Positions 1-10,508 of a stretch of 64,000 nucleotides of DNA are shown here, in pieces. A model generated the notes under the pieces. That model was not told the origin of the DNA, made no database searches, and worked only from the letters and a program-made list of their open reading frames with translations. Origin of the DNA: Bacteroidia bacterium (GTDB lineage Bacteria; Bacteroidota; Bacteroidia; UKL13-3); NCBI GenBank assembly GCA_014376805.1, contig JACMQU010000117.1:102144-166143 (forward strand), in the 5' to 3' direction. Positions within the stretch are counted from its first letter, which is position 1, and each line of letters starts with the position of its first letter. The position numbers and the translations under genes were made by a program.

Positions 1-307
1 TGCTGCACTGATGCTGATACTTTATATGGTTTTTATGTTCCGGGCATTCAGGATTATATTCCGCAGTCCCAAAGCATTTGGTGCATTATTGGCCATCGGG
101 CTGTCATTCGCCCTTGTACTGCAGGCCCTCATCAATATGGCAATAGCCGTTAATCTGGTGCCCAATACTGGTTTAACATTACCATTAGTAAGCAAAGGAG
201 GCACTTCTATAATAATAACCAGCATGGCCTTTGGAGCCATCATGAGTGTAAGCCGATACGTAGAAACTGAAGAGCCCGAAGAAGCGGAGGCTCTTTACGC
301 TGCATAG
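1..307 (+). CDS. ftsW: FtsW/RodA/SpoVE-family protein, C-terminal part (5' end lies outside the window)
   Basis: The ORF is open to the window edge. The C-terminal SEDS-like sequence LTLPLVSKGGTSIIITSMAFGAIMSVS is present. The gene sits immediately upstream of murG-murC-ftsQAZ. Confidence 0.8.
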   Translation, partial: AALMLILYMVFMFRAFRIIFRSPKAFGALLAIGLSFALVLQALINMAIAVNLVPNTGLTLPLVSKGGTSIIITSMAFGAIMSVSRYVETEEPEEAEALYAA

Positions 308-366
308 GTTAGGCTCCTTTAGGTTATGAGGATACATAAAGCACAAAGGTGCTAAAGGCAAATAAA

Positions 367-1470
367 ATGGGAAAAAAACTAAATGTAATTATAAGTGGAG
401 GCGGTACAGGCGGACACATTTATCCAGCTATAGCTGTTGCACAAACTTTGCAGAGAAGGTTAAATAATGAAGTAAACTTTTTATTTGTTGGTGCAAAAGA
501 CAGAATGGAAATGGAAAAGGTACCCAAGGCAGGTTACCAGATTATTGGCTTATGGATAAGCGGACTTCAGCGCAATGCCAGTATGAAGAACCTTCTTTTC
601 CCATTTAAAGTGATGAACAGTGTTTGGAAATCAATGGGTATTATTAAAACTTTTAAACCAGATGTAGCTATTGGTTTCGGGGGTTATGCAAGTGGTGCAT
701 TGTTATATGCTGCTACCTTAAAAAACCTGCCTGCATTAATTCATGAGCAAAATTCTTATGCAGGCATTACTAATAAAATATTAAAGAACAGAGTCGATAA
801 AATATGTGTGGCTTATGAACGTATGGACAGGTTTTTCCCTGCTAGAAAAATCATAAAAACGGGTAATCCGGTACGTATGGATATTTGTGATGCACATACT
901 AAAAGAACCGAAGCTCAGGGTTTTTTTAAACTCAATCCTGATAAAAAAACCTTATTGATTATTGGTGGAAGTCTGGGTTCGCGTACAATTAATCAAACAA
1001 TTGAGGCCGGACTGGAACAATTGCAAAGTGCAGATATAAATGTAATCTGGCAAACAGGAAAAAATTTTATTAGTATAAAAAGTAAGGAGATGCCGGTTCA
1101 ATTTACTTTGGTAATTGAGCCATTTATTTATCAGATGGATTTTGCTTATGCAGTTGCAGATGTGGTGATATCGAGAGCAGGTGCTTTATCAATTGCTGAA
1201 CTTGCCATTGCCGGCAAACCAATAATTTTAGTCCCCTCGCCAAATGTTTCTGAAGACCATCAGACAAAAAATGCAATGGCTCTTGTTGAGCAAAGTGCTG
1301 CCTTAATTATAAAAGATAAAGATGCCAGACAATTGCTTATTAAGGAAGCCTTAAAATTGCTGGATGATACTGCGCATCAGAAAAGATTAAGTGAACATAT
1401 TTCGGCACTTGCTATACCCGATGCAGCGGAGCGGATTGTAGATGAAGTATTGAAATTAGTAAAAAAATAA
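367..1470 (+). CDS. murG: UDP-N-acetylglucosamine--N-acetylmuramyl-(pentapeptide) pyrophosphoryl-undecaprenol GlcNAc transferase
   Basis: The N-terminal ISGGGTGGHIYPA glycine loop, a C-terminal GALSIAELAIAGKPIILVPSP...DHQTKNA motif and the dcw context support the call. I prefer the ATG at 367 over the upstream GTG at 349 used by the ORF track. Confidence 0.93.
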   Translation: MGKKLNVIISGGGTGGHIYPAIAVAQTLQRRLNNEVNFLFVGAKDRMEMEKVPKAGYQIIGLWISGLQRNASMKNLLFPFKVMNSVWKSMGIIKTFKPDVAIGFGGYASGALLYAATLKNLPALIHEQNSYAGITNKILKNRVDKICVAYERMDRFFPARKIIKTGNPVRMDICDAHTKRTEAQGFFKLNPDKKTLLIIGGSLGSRTINQTIEAGLEQLQSADINVIWQTGKNFISIKSKEMPVQFTLVIEPFIYQMDFAYAVADVVISRAGALSIAELAIAGKPIILVPSPNVSEDHQTKNAMALVEQSAALIIKDKDARQLLIKEALKLLDDTAHQKRLSEHISALAIPDAAERIVDEVLKLVKK

Positions 1471-1471
1471 T

Positions 1472-2869
1472 ATGGACTTTAAAGATATTAAGGTAACTTA
1501 TTTTTTAGGAATCGGAGGGATTGGTATGAGCGCAATAGCCCGATATTTTAATTATATAGGCTTAAAGGTTGCAGGTTATGATAAAACTGAAACGCTATTA
1601 ACAAGAAAACTTTCTGAAGAAGGAATGCTTGTTCACTACAGTGATGATGTAGACTATCTCATTATGCTCGAAATGGATCCTGCACATACGCTTGTTATCC
1701 TTACTCCTGCTATTCCCAGAGAACATGCGGAATGGGCTTACCTGAGGGAGCATAATTTTACGATACAAAAAAGATCAGCGGTATTGGGTATCCTGAGTAA
1801 AGCTTATCAGACCATAGGTGTAGCAGGCACACATGGCAAAACAACAACCTCAACAATGATCGCTCATATATTAACCAATAGTGAGGTGGGTTGTAATGCT
1901 TTTTTAGGGGGAGTCGCAACCAATTATGATTCGAATTTATTAGTACATAGAGATACAAAAAAACTGTTGCCTCAGCAACAGTTTACCGTAGTAGAAGCCG
2001 ATGAATTTGACAGGTCATTTTTAACCCTTCATCCTTATATCTCCATTATTACCTCAACAGATGCAGATCACCTGGATATTTATGGTGAGTATGAAAGCAT
2101 GCAACAATCATTTTTGGCGTATGCCAACCGTTTGGTTGAAGGCGGAACTTTATTTATAAAGTATGGGCTTAACATTATAAATAAAGTAGAGGTAAACTAT
2201 TTAACTTATGGCTTTGATCCGGCTGCCAATGCATTTGGATGTAATGTTCAGATCAATGAAGAAGAACATATTTTTGATCTGTATTTTGACGGAGGTATAT
2301 ATATAAATCTTAGTCTTGGGATTCCGGGACTGCATAATGTTGAAAATGCAATAGCGGCATCTGCTGTTTGTTTGCTGGCAGGTGTTACAGGTGATGAGTT
2401 ACGCAATGCATTGGCGACCTTTAAAGGTGTTAAAAGAAGATTTGAATACATTTTAAACACCGATCGTACTATTTTTATTGATGATTATGCACATCATCCT
2501 GAAGAGATACGTGCCATCTTAACATCGGTTAAACGAATGTACCCGCATCCTAAATTAGTAGTTGCATTTCAACCTCATTTATTCAGCCGAACACGAGATT
2601 TCTCCGATGGGTTTGCAGAAACACTTTCTCTCGCTGATCAGGTTTTTTTACTTGATATCTATCCTGCAAGAGAGCAACCTGTTGAAGGTGTGAATTCTCA
2701 AATGATCTTAAACAAAATGAATATTAAAAATAAGGTATTGTGTTCAAAAAAAGAGTTGATTGAATTGTTAAAAGAGCAAAGACCAACCCTGTTTTTAACC
2801 TTAGGTGCAGGTGATATTGATGCATTGGTTCAGCCCATAAAAGAGATCTTAAGTGAAGATGAAATTTGA
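1472..2869 (+). CDS. murC: UDP-N-acetylmuramate--L-alanine ligase
   Basis: Mur ligase motifs are present: GIGGIGMSAIA near the N-terminus, the ATP-binding loop GVAGTHGKTTTSTM, and DDYAHHPEEI. The gene lies in dcw cluster order. Confidence 0.93.
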   Translation: MDFKDIKVTYFLGIGGIGMSAIARYFNYIGLKVAGYDKTETLLTRKLSEEGMLVHYSDDVDYLIMLEMDPAHTLVILTPAIPREHAEWAYLREHNFTIQKRSAVLGILSKAYQTIGVAGTHGKTTTSTMIAHILTNSEVGCNAFLGGVATNYDSNLLVHRDTKKLLPQQQFTVVEADEFDRSFLTLHPYISIITSTDADHLDIYGEYESMQQSFLAYANRLVEGGTLFIKYGLNIINKVEVNYLTYGFDPAANAFGCNVQINEEEHIFDLYFDGGIYINLSLGIPGLHNVENAIAASAVCLLAGVTGDELRNALATFKGVKRRFEYILNTDRTIFIDDYAHHPEEIRAILTSVKRMYPHPKLVVAFQPHLFSRTRDFSDGFAETLSLADQVFLLDIYPAREQPVEGVNSQMILNKMNIKNKVLCSKKELIELLKEQRPTLFLTLGAGDIDALVQPIKEILSEDEI

Positions 2870-3653
2870 TAAAACGAAAATAAAAAGTATTGCCATTAGG
2901 GTTGGAATTGTGCTTTTCTGGACAAGCATGATTACAGGCCTTGCAGTGGCCCTGGGGTTTGTTAATAAACAAGAAACGGACTTGCTTTGTAAAAAGGTAT
3001 ATGTGAGTATTAAGCCATTGGAACTTCAGTTTTATAACCGCCAAAGGGTTCTTGAAATTATTCGTAAAGGGTTAAACAGTGAGAAAAAAATGATTGGGAT
3101 GCGCATTGGAGATATAAATGTACCAAAGCTGGAAAAAGCAATATTGAAACAATCTTTAATTGAAGATGCAGATGTATATGCAGATATGAACGGAGTTATT
3201 AACATCAGTGTAAGACAGCGTAAGCCATTATTACGCCTTATAAGGTATGATGGTACGCAGTTTTATATTGACAGGTTCGGTGTAAAAATGCCTTTAAGTG
3301 AACATTATACAGCAAGAGTTCCAATTGCTAACGGTAATATATTTGAAAGGTATGAAAAAGGAGATTCAGTGTACTCTTTTGTAGGAAATCAACTGTTCAG
3401 GATAGCCACATATGTTGATAAAGATAACTTCTTAAAGGCGTTAATAGAACAGATATTTGTGAGGGCCGATAATGAATTTGTACTAATCCCCAAAATTGGT
3501 AAGCAAATAATCATTTTTGGTAATGCTGAGAATCTGGAAAAAAAGTTTAGAAAGCTGTTGGTTTTTTATCGGGAAGGTTTGAACCGGACCGGATGGAATG
3601 TATATGGCAGTATTGATTTAAGATTTGAAGGTCAGGTAATTTGTAAAAAGTAA
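2859..3653 (+). CDS. ftsQ: Cell division protein FtsQ
   Basis: It has a single N-terminal TM helix followed by a POTRA-like region. It sits between murC and ftsA. The ATG at 2859 overlaps the murC stop by 11 nt. Confidence 0.75.
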   Translation: MKFDKTKIKSIAIRVGIVLFWTSMITGLAVALGFVNKQETDLLCKKVYVSIKPLELQFYNRQRVLEIIRKGLNSEKKMIGMRIGDINVPKLEKAILKQSLIEDADVYADMNGVINISVRQRKPLLRLIRYDGTQFYIDRFGVKMPLSEHYTARVPIANGNIFERYEKGDSVYSFVGNQLFRIATYVDKDNFLKALIEQIFVRADNEFVLIPKIGKQIIIFGNAENLEKKFRKLLVFYREGLNRTGWNVYGSIDLRFEGQVICKK

Positions 3654-3663
3654 TATTAAAAGC

Positions 3664-4983
3664 ATGTCAGCTGAAACAAAAATTATTGTAGGTTTAGATA
3701 TTGGTACTACTAAAGTATGCGCCATTGTGGGTCATAAAAACGGGCATGGTAAAATTGAAGTGCTTGGCATGGGGAAAGCTGAAAGCCTGGGTGTAATAAG
3801 AGGCGAGGTGCGCAATATAGAAAAGACAGTTAAAGCAATTGTAGAAGCAGTTGAAAAAGCAAAACAATCTTTACTGAAAAATAATATTAAAGTGGAGATT
3901 AACAGCGTGCATGTTGGTATTGCCGGGCAACATATAAAGAGTGTGCAACACCGCAATAGCATCAGTCTGGGTAATACAGATGAAGAGATTAGCAAAGATG
4001 ATGTGGAGCGATTGATTAAAGATACTTATAAACTTGCACTGGCTCCCGGTGATGAGATAATACATGTTTTGCCCCAGGAATATACAGTTGATGAATTTGG
4101 TGATGTATATGATCCTATTGGAATGTCGGGCGTGCGTTTGTCTTCTAATTTTCATATTATCACTGGCAATGTTGATGCCATAAAGAACATTTATAAAAGT
4201 GTAGACCGTGCAGGTCTTCAGGTTGCAGATCTGATTTTGGAGCCTCTTTCTTCTGCGGAAGCCGTACTAACTTCAGAAGAACTTGAAGCGGGGGTTTGTT
4301 TAGTGGATATTGGTGGTGGTACCACAGATATAGCCATCTTTAAAAATGGCATCATCAGGCATACTGCAGTTATTCCTTTTGGTGGTAATGTAATTACAAA
4401 AGATATTGAAGAAGGCTGCAATGTTTTGCGTAACCAGGCCGAAGCCCTGAAGATTAAATTTGGTTCAGCACTGGCGGAAGAAAATAAAGAAAATGAAATT
4501 GTATGTATCCCGAGTTTTCATGGACGCCCTCCAAAAGAAGTGTCTGTAAAAAATCTTGCATTAGTGATTCAGGCAAGGGTGGAGGAAATCTTTGAATCGG
4601 TATTATATGAGATTAAAAGTTCAGGCCTCGAAAAGAAATTAAATGCAGGCATTGTTATAACCGGTGGTGGCTCTCAATTAAAACACCTTGATAAACTCGT
4701 TGAGTTTGTTACTGGCATTGATACCCGGATTGGTTATGCCAATGAACATATAGGTAAAACAGCTGTGGAAGAAATTAAAAGTCCGATATATGCTACAGGC
4801 GTGGGCCTTGTGGTTAAAGGCTTTAAGGCCAATGAAGAAAGAGAAAGAATTGATTCAATAAAAGACGATAAAGAAAGAAGCAAAGCAACAAAGAAGATAG
4901 GTGAGAATAACCTGTTAAGCCGCTGGTTTGATAAAGGGAAAAAATGGTTGTACGATGATGATGATGCCATGAAAGATTTCTAA
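3664..4983 (+). CDS. ftsA: Cell division protein FtsA
   Basis: Actin-fold ATPase motifs are present: GLDIGTTKVCAIVG, VDIGGGTTDIAIF and ITGGGSQL. The gene lies directly upstream of ftsZ. Confidence 0.93.
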   Translation: MSAETKIIVGLDIGTTKVCAIVGHKNGHGKIEVLGMGKAESLGVIRGEVRNIEKTVKAIVEAVEKAKQSLLKNNIKVEINSVHVGIAGQHIKSVQHRNSISLGNTDEEISKDDVERLIKDTYKLALAPGDEIIHVLPQEYTVDEFGDVYDPIGMSGVRLSSNFHIITGNVDAIKNIYKSVDRAGLQVADLILEPLSSAEAVLTSEELEAGVCLVDIGGGTTDIAIFKNGIIRHTAVIPFGGNVITKDIEEGCNVLRNQAEALKIKFGSALAEENKENEIVCIPSFHGRPPKEVSVKNLALVIQARVEEIFESVLYEIKSSGLEKKLNAGIVITGGGSQLKHLDKLVEFVTGIDTRIGYANEHIGKTAVEEIKSPIYATGVGLVVKGFKANEERERIDSIKDDKERSKATKKIGENNLLSRWFDKGKKWLYDDDDAMKDF

Positions 4984-5189
4984 TCAACGGTGGTGTTTAA
5001 GTACAATTTAACTGGTTCATTAAAGTAGAGGAATGAGACAAGCACAGAAGGTAAGTAACCACATAAAAAGTACAAATATTGGTGAACTACAATTAGACGT
5101 TGAGTAAAACTGGTTCATCAATTCAATAATAATAAAAAACAACTTTTCCCGATGCTCAGGGCAAAAGGAAAAGGATAAAAAGGATAAGT

Positions 5190-6797
5190 ATGGAAAGTTC
5201 ATTTAAATTCAACATGCCAAAAGAAAAATCATCCATTATAAAAGTTTTGGGTGTTGGCGGTGGTGGGGGTAATGCAGTAAACTATATGTTTTCACAAGGC
5301 ATTAAGGGGGTTGATTTTATTATCTGCAATACCGATTTGCAGGCATTGGAAGCGAGCCCGATTCCTAATAAAATTCAATTGGGTGCCGGGTTAACACAAG
5401 GCCTGGGAGCAGGAGCAAATCCTGAGATTGGTAAGCAATCTGCTATGGAAGCCATTGAAGATATTATTGATACACTTGGCGTAAATACAAAAATGTTATT
5501 TATTACTGCAGGCATGGGCGGTGGAACAGGTACAGGCGCTGCTCCAATCATTGCAAAGACCGCGCGGGAAATGGATATTCTTACTGTTGGCATTGTAACA
5601 ACGCCTTTTTCTTTTGAAGGAAAACGTAGAAAGGATTTTGCCTTTGAAGGTATTGAGGCTTTGAAACGTTCTGTTGATTGTTTGCTCATCATCAGCAACG
5701 ATAAGATTAAACAAATGTATGGAAACTTACCCATGCGCCAGGCATTTGCACATGCTAACGAAATTTTAAATACAGCCGCAAAAGGTATTGCTGAAGTGAT
5801 TACTTATCCCGGTGAAATCAATGTGGATTTTGAAGATGTGAAAACAGTGATGAAATCAAGCGGTGTGGCTTTAATGGGATCTTCATCCGCAAGAGGCGAT
5901 GATAGGGCAATGGCTGCTGCAAGAGCTGCGTTGTCATCTCCTTTATTAAATGAAAGCAAAATTACCGGAGCTAAAAATATATTGCTAAACGTAAGTTCAG
6001 CATCCGGAGATCACGAGTTATTAATGAGTGAGTTTGAAGACATCTCCAATTATATACAGGAAGAAACAGGCTTTACCGCAGAGATGATTATTGGTACCAG
6101 TTATGATGAAAGTCTGGGAGATCAACTTGCGGTAACAATTATTGCTACCGGCTTTGATAGCATTCCTAAAGAGAATAAAATAATTATAGGGAACGTGGAT
6201 ACAAGACCAACAGCCGCTGTTGAAGAAGTACCTTTTATTGTTATGCCAGCAACACCTTTGGTTCAGCCCGCTACGCCTAAAAGCATTTCTCCAGAACCTA
6301 CCCGATATAATTTAGATATTGGAAAAAAAATTGAACCCGAAGTAATAAGAAATGACAGCGGAATAGAATTGAACCTGAGAATTGAAGAAGAATTAATTGA
6401 AGATCAATATCAGCATGACCTGGTTGATGACTCATTAACAGAAGAAGATGTAATTAACAATTCAATAGAAGAAGCAGTTAACAGCCGCGCTGTTGATCCC
6501 ATTAAAGTTCCGGTATTTGATCAATTAAACGGTGATAACGCGGAAGAACAGGAAAAGAAAATTGAAAAACATATTCAACGGATCAAGACTTTAAAAGATT
6601 TAAATATCAGCATTAATACACCACAGGGTTTAAGAGACCTTGAGAAAGAGCCGGCTTATAAAAGAAAACAAAAAAGACTTGATGATGTTCCTCATTCTTC
6701 TACAACACAAGTCTCCCGTTTAAGTTTGTTTGATGATAACAACGGGAGGCCTAAGATAAAAACAAATAACTCCTTTTTGCATGATAATGTTGATTAG
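5190..6797 (+). CDS. ftsZ: Cell division GTPase FtsZ with a long acidic C-terminal linker
   Basis: The tubulin signature GGGTGTGAAP, GVGGGGGNAVN and NTDLQAL are present. A roughly 200-aa low-complexity E/D-rich tail follows. Confidence 0.96.
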   Translation: MESSFKFNMPKEKSSIIKVLGVGGGGGNAVNYMFSQGIKGVDFIICNTDLQALEASPIPNKIQLGAGLTQGLGAGANPEIGKQSAMEAIEDIIDTLGVNTKMLFITAGMGGGTGTGAAPIIAKTAREMDILTVGIVTTPFSFEGKRRKDFAFEGIEALKRSVDCLLIISNDKIKQMYGNLPMRQAFAHANEILNTAAKGIAEVITYPGEINVDFEDVKTVMKSSGVALMGSSSARGDDRAMAAARAALSSPLLNESKITGAKNILLNVSSASGDHELLMSEFEDISNYIQEETGFTAEMIIGTSYDESLGDQLAVTIIATGFDSIPKENKIIIGNVDTRPTAAVEEVPFIVMPATPLVQPATPKSISPEPTRYNLDIGKKIEPEVIRNDSGIELNLRIEEELIEDQYQHDLVDDSLTEEDVINNSIEEAVNSRAVDPIKVPVFDQLNGDNAEEQEKKIEKHIQRIKTLKDLNISINTPQGLRDLEKEPAYKRKQKRLDDVPHSSTTQVSRLSLFDDNNGRPKIKTNNSFLHDNVD

Positions 6798-6914
6798 GAA
6801 TTAGGTAACATAAAGAGTAACCATCGCATTCGGTATCTATGGCAAATTGCTTCAGTAAATACCCTTTAATTATTTTGTAATTACCATTGATTATTAAAAT
6901 ATTTACAAATAATT

Positions 6915-7937
6915 TTATACCACCAATGGCTTTACCCTTGTGCCAATAAGTTTTATAGATTGCAAAAGTTTGGCATGAGACAAAGCAGCATTATCCATTT
7001 GAAAAGTGAATCTTGAAATGCCACCAAGAGACTCGCTATGCCGGAGTATTTTGCGGGCAATTTCTTCAGGATTACCAACCAACAATGCCCCCGACTCACC
7101 ATTCTGAGCATCAAAACGCGCCTTACTTACCGGTGGCCAACCGCGCTCTCTTCCTATACGGGTAAAGGTTTCTGCATAACCCGGATAATAATCAGCTATT
7201 GCTTCCGCCGATGTGTTAGCCACATAGCCCAGAGAGTGCAATCCTACTTTTAATAATTCAGGTGGATGCCCTGCCTTTTTTCCAGCCTCACGATAAAGAT
7301 CTACCAGTGGACGAAAACGATGGGTTTCCCCACCAATTACTGCTACCATAAGTGGTAACCCAAGTGTTCCTGCGCGAATAAACGATTCAGGAGTACCACC
7401 AACGCCCAGCCATATAGGTATAGGATTTTGCAATGGCCTGGGGTAAATTGCCTGCTGGTGAAGTGATGGACGAAATTTGCCAGACCAGGTTACGATTTCA
7501 TTTTTCTGTATTTTAAGCAACAGATCCAGTTTCTCACTAAAAAGAGCATCATAATCCTGTAGGTTCAAACCGAACAACGGAAAAGCTTCTGTAAAGGAAC
7601 CACGACCAACAACCATTTCAGCACGACCTTTAGAAATTAAATCAAGTGTTGCAAAATTTTGAAATACCCTTACCGGATCGGCAGCACTTAATACAGTAAC
7701 TGCACTTGTTAAGCGAATTTGTTTTGTGCGAGCTGCAGCTGAAGCAAGAATTATTGCAGGAGCCGAATCAAGAAATTCTTTGCGGTGATGTTCTCCTATC
7801 CCAAATACATCCAGGCCAGTTATGTCAGCCTGTTCTATTCTTTCAAGTAATTCTGCCATAGCATACATACTATGCATAGCAGTATTTTTATCATTGCTCA
7901 GGGTTGTAGCTGCGAAACTATCAATTCCAATTTCCAT
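6915..7937 (-). CDS. LLM-class (luciferase-like) flavin-dependent oxidoreductase
   Basis: The length and sequence pattern are typical of luciferase-like monooxygenases: MEIGIDSF..., GIGEHH, LDLISKGRAEMVVGRG. The substrate is unknown. Confidence 0.7.
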   Translation of the reverse strand: MEIGIDSFAATTLSNDKNTAMHSMYAMAELLERIEQADITGLDVFGIGEHHRKEFLDSAPAIILASAAARTKQIRLTSAVTVLSAADPVRVFQNFATLDLISKGRAEMVVGRGSFTEAFPLFGLNLQDYDALFSEKLDLLLKIQKNEIVTWSGKFRPSLHQQAIYPRPLQNPIPIWLGVGGTPESFIRAGTLGLPLMVAVIGGETHRFRPLVDLYREAGKKAGHPPELLKVGLHSLGYVANTSAEAIADYYPGYAETFTRIGRERGWPPVSKARFDAQNGESGALLVGNPEEIARKILRHSESLGGISRFTFQMDNAALSHAKLLQSIKLIGTRVKPLVV

Positions 7938-8150
7938 GGTACTTTTGTTGCTTTATTTATTGTAACAATACAAATATATTGTTTGTTTACTTATAAGTTC
8001 CGCAGCGATATATTTTAAAGGCCAACTCCTTGTATGTGTTTTGCTGATTTTACAGGTAGTGTTTTTTTTAATGACTTTAGCAAGTCATTTTGCAAATAAT
8101 TTCACCTATTTTGCCTGACTATTTTCCCGGAGCCTAATAGCTCATTTCAT

Positions 8151-9170
8151 ATGAACAACAATTTAACAGACGGCATCAATTTTCTTTCTAAACTCAATGG
8201 TAGAAGAATATGGAATGCCGCTAAACTATACAGTAGCTATTACGTCTCTAAAACACTTAAAAAACCTATTCATTGGGGAATGCCTGTTGTAATGGAAATA
8301 GAGCCTACAACAAGCTGTAACCTACGTTGTCCGCAATGTCCCAGTGGTCTTCGGGAGTTTACACGCAATACAGGAATGCTTGATCTGCCCATGTATAAAA
8401 AAATTATTGATGAAATTCATCAGGAGCTCACTTACCTGATTCTGTATTTTCAAGGTGAACCGTTTTTGAACAAAATGTTTTTGGAATTTGTTAAATATGC
8501 AGCCGCAAAAAATATTTACACAGCTACTTCCAGCAATGCCCATTATTTTACCGATGAGCTAGCTAAAGCAACTATAGAATCTGGTCTCGACAGATTGATT
8601 ATTTCCATAGATGGTGTCGATCAGGAATCCTATCAGAAATACCGCATAGGAGGGAAGCTTGATAAAGTTTTGGAGGGCACTCAAAACTTATTGAAATGGA
8701 AAAAAAAACTAGGAAGTACCACACCACATATTATCTGGCAGTTTATTGCTTTTAAACACAACGAGCATCAGATTCCCGAAATAAAAAAACTGGCCAAAGA
8801 AATGGGGGTAGATGAACTTGGAATAAAAACAGCTCAGATATACGACTATCAGACCAGCGATACTTTTATACCCAACAATGAAGACCTGAGCCGGTATAAA
8901 AAGACAGAGAATGGCTATGAAATAAAAAATGAGTTACTGAACCAATGCTGGCGAATGTGGAGGGGCAGTGTTATAACCTGGGATGGTTTGGTTGTGCCCT
9001 GTTGTTTTGATAAAGATGCCACACACCGCTTTGGCGATGTAAGTAAGGAAACGTTTGAGGAAGTATGGCGTGGCGATGCCTATCAAAATTTCAGAGGGGC
9101 AATTTTAAGATCACGAAGCGAAATTGATATTTGTGTAAATTGTTCGGAAGGGACAAAGGTTTGGAATTAA
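8151..9170 (+). CDS. Radical SAM protein with a Cys-rich SPASM-like C-terminus
   Basis: The CNLRCPQC (Cx3Cx2C) cluster sits near residue 56. A C-terminal cysteine cluster (VVPCCFD ... CVNCSEG) is also present. Confidence 0.75.
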   Translation: MNNNLTDGINFLSKLNGRRIWNAAKLYSSYYVSKTLKKPIHWGMPVVMEIEPTTSCNLRCPQCPSGLREFTRNTGMLDLPMYKKIIDEIHQELTYLILYFQGEPFLNKMFLEFVKYAAAKNIYTATSSNAHYFTDELAKATIESGLDRLIISIDGVDQESYQKYRIGGKLDKVLEGTQNLLKWKKKLGSTTPHIIWQFIAFKHNEHQIPEIKKLAKEMGVDELGIKTAQIYDYQTSDTFIPNNEDLSRYKKTENGYEIKNELLNQCWRMWRGSVITWDGLVVPCCFDKDATHRFGDVSKETFEEVWRGDAYQNFRGAILRSRSEIDICVNCSEGTKVWN

Positions 9171-9289
9171 ATAAATATAATTACAATAGTATATTTTTTT
9201 TAAATTAATCCTCAATTTAATACTTTTTACAGGCTTGAACCTATCTAATACTTAGGGAGCAAACTATCCTCAGAAGCCTTTAATTTATA

Positions 9290-9863
9290 TGCAAACAAGT
9301 TACAATCCGCCGGTGAGTTGACAGTTATTTAATGTTACTACCAGTTCAGGTTTTCAATTGGCATTAAATCTTGTGCAGCCTGGTGATATTGTTGAATTAT
9401 ATGGCTTACATTTATCGGGCCCTTCACTTTTCCTAATAAAACTACAGGACCAGATGGTAAAGATTTGGGAGCTGATATTGATTCGATCATCTTATTAAAT
9501 ACTTATAATTGCAGTTTAACAACGGTCACCGGAGATCAAAATTTGAAGCAGAATATCCAACTGGAATTACAGCCTGTACCTACCCGGGATTATCTGAATT
9601 TCCAAACCAATATGATCATCTATAATACATCAGTATTTAGTACAACAGATTTTTTAGGTAAAACAATTTACGGAAATTATTTGTGCACCACCAATGAATT
9701 AATTTATGTAAGGAATCTTCCGGATGGCATTTATATTCTGAAAATTGAAAATAGTAGTAAAATTGCCTTCAAAAATTTGTCATACAAAAATTCCGGAAGT
9801 AGAATTTTATCAGGATTAGATTCGATAGTAAGTGTGAATATATTCATGAAAATTAAGAATTAA
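9290..9863 (+). pseudogene. Decayed T9SS-secreted protein: a beta-helix-like N-terminal motif, a frameshift or internal deletion, and a Por/T9SS C-terminal sorting domain
   Basis: One frame reads SSGFQLALNLVQPGDIVELYG. Around 9405-9412 the reading shifts to another frame: TFIGPFTFPNKTTGPDGKDLGADIDSI. A CTD-like tail follows (LQPVPTRDYLNF...LPDGIYILKIENSSK). There is no signal peptide and no credible start. Confidence 0.45.
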
Positions 9864-9925
9864 TTCCCAATAATTATGCACAACAAAAGTATGTTTTGCC
9901 AATGGTAATTAACGAATTTTGCTTG

Positions 9926-10456
9926 ATGAAAAGTAAATCATTTTATTTAAGTATACTTATTGCAATTTCTGTTTTGGGCTGCAATGACCGGGGAGCTCCA
10001 TTGCCTGCAGTGCTGGATGTAGATATGAAGCAGTATGAGGGACTATGGTTTGAAATAGCTCGTTTGCCTAATAGTTTTGAAAAGGATCTTAAATGTGTAA
10101 CCACAGATTATAAACTTCTCGAGAACGGGGGCTTTGAAGTGATCAATAATGGTTACAATGAAGAAACAAAAAAAGTGGTAATGAGTAAAAGCAAAGCATG
10201 GTATGAAAATCCGAAACAAAAAGCTAAAGTTGAGATGCAATTTGAAAATTCATTTACCGGTTTTTACTGGATTATGGCTCTCGACTCAAACTACCATTAT
10301 GCTATGATTGGCCACCCTTCCCGGGATTATCTCTGGATTTTAAGCCGCTCTCCCAAGCTTGACATACTTATTACAACTCAATTGGTTAAACAGGCAAAAA
10401 AGGCGGGTTTTGAAACCCGCAAACTGCAATGGGTAAATCAGGATTGTTTAAATTAA
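9926..10456 (+). CDS. blc: Bacterial lipocalin (Blc-like outer-membrane lipoprotein)
   Basis: A lipoprotein signal (MKSKSFYLSILIAISVLGC) is followed by the lipocalin motif YEGLWFEIARLPNSFE and the later YLWILSR. The start is placed at the internal ATG. Confidence 0.8.
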   Translation: MKSKSFYLSILIAISVLGCNDRGAPLPAVLDVDMKQYEGLWFEIARLPNSFEKDLKCVTTDYKLLENGGFEVINNGYNEETKKVVMSKSKAWYENPKQKAKVEMQFENSFTGFYWIMALDSNYHYAMIGHPSRDYLWILSRSPKLDILITTQLVKQAKKAGFETRKLQWVNQDCLN

Positions 10457-10508
10457 AAGTGCACAACTCCTGCTTTTATTATTGCAGTATTAATATCAAT
10501 TTGCAGGC

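Noticed and set aside
3732-6000. Antisense or alternative-frame ORFs inside ftsA and ftsZ (e.g. 3732-3995, 3871-4155, 5375-5734, 5496-5714)
   Set aside because: They lie entirely within strongly supported conserved genes and have low-complexity or Cys/Ser-rich translations. They are shadow ORFs typical of biased codon composition. The same applies to similar entries inside murC, the kinase, the AAA+ gene, the CHRD gene, dnaE2, the helicase, purH, mreB, mrdA, rodA, era, the 862-aa gene and the RHS gene.
8070-8089. A perfect hairpin AATGACTT-TAGC-AAGTCATT in the divergent LLM / radical-SAM promoter region
   Set aside because: The palindrome is real but short (8 bp) and AT-rich, and it occurs only once. 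That is insufficient to claim an operator or attenuator, and I could define no associated peptide or RiPP precursor ORF nearby.
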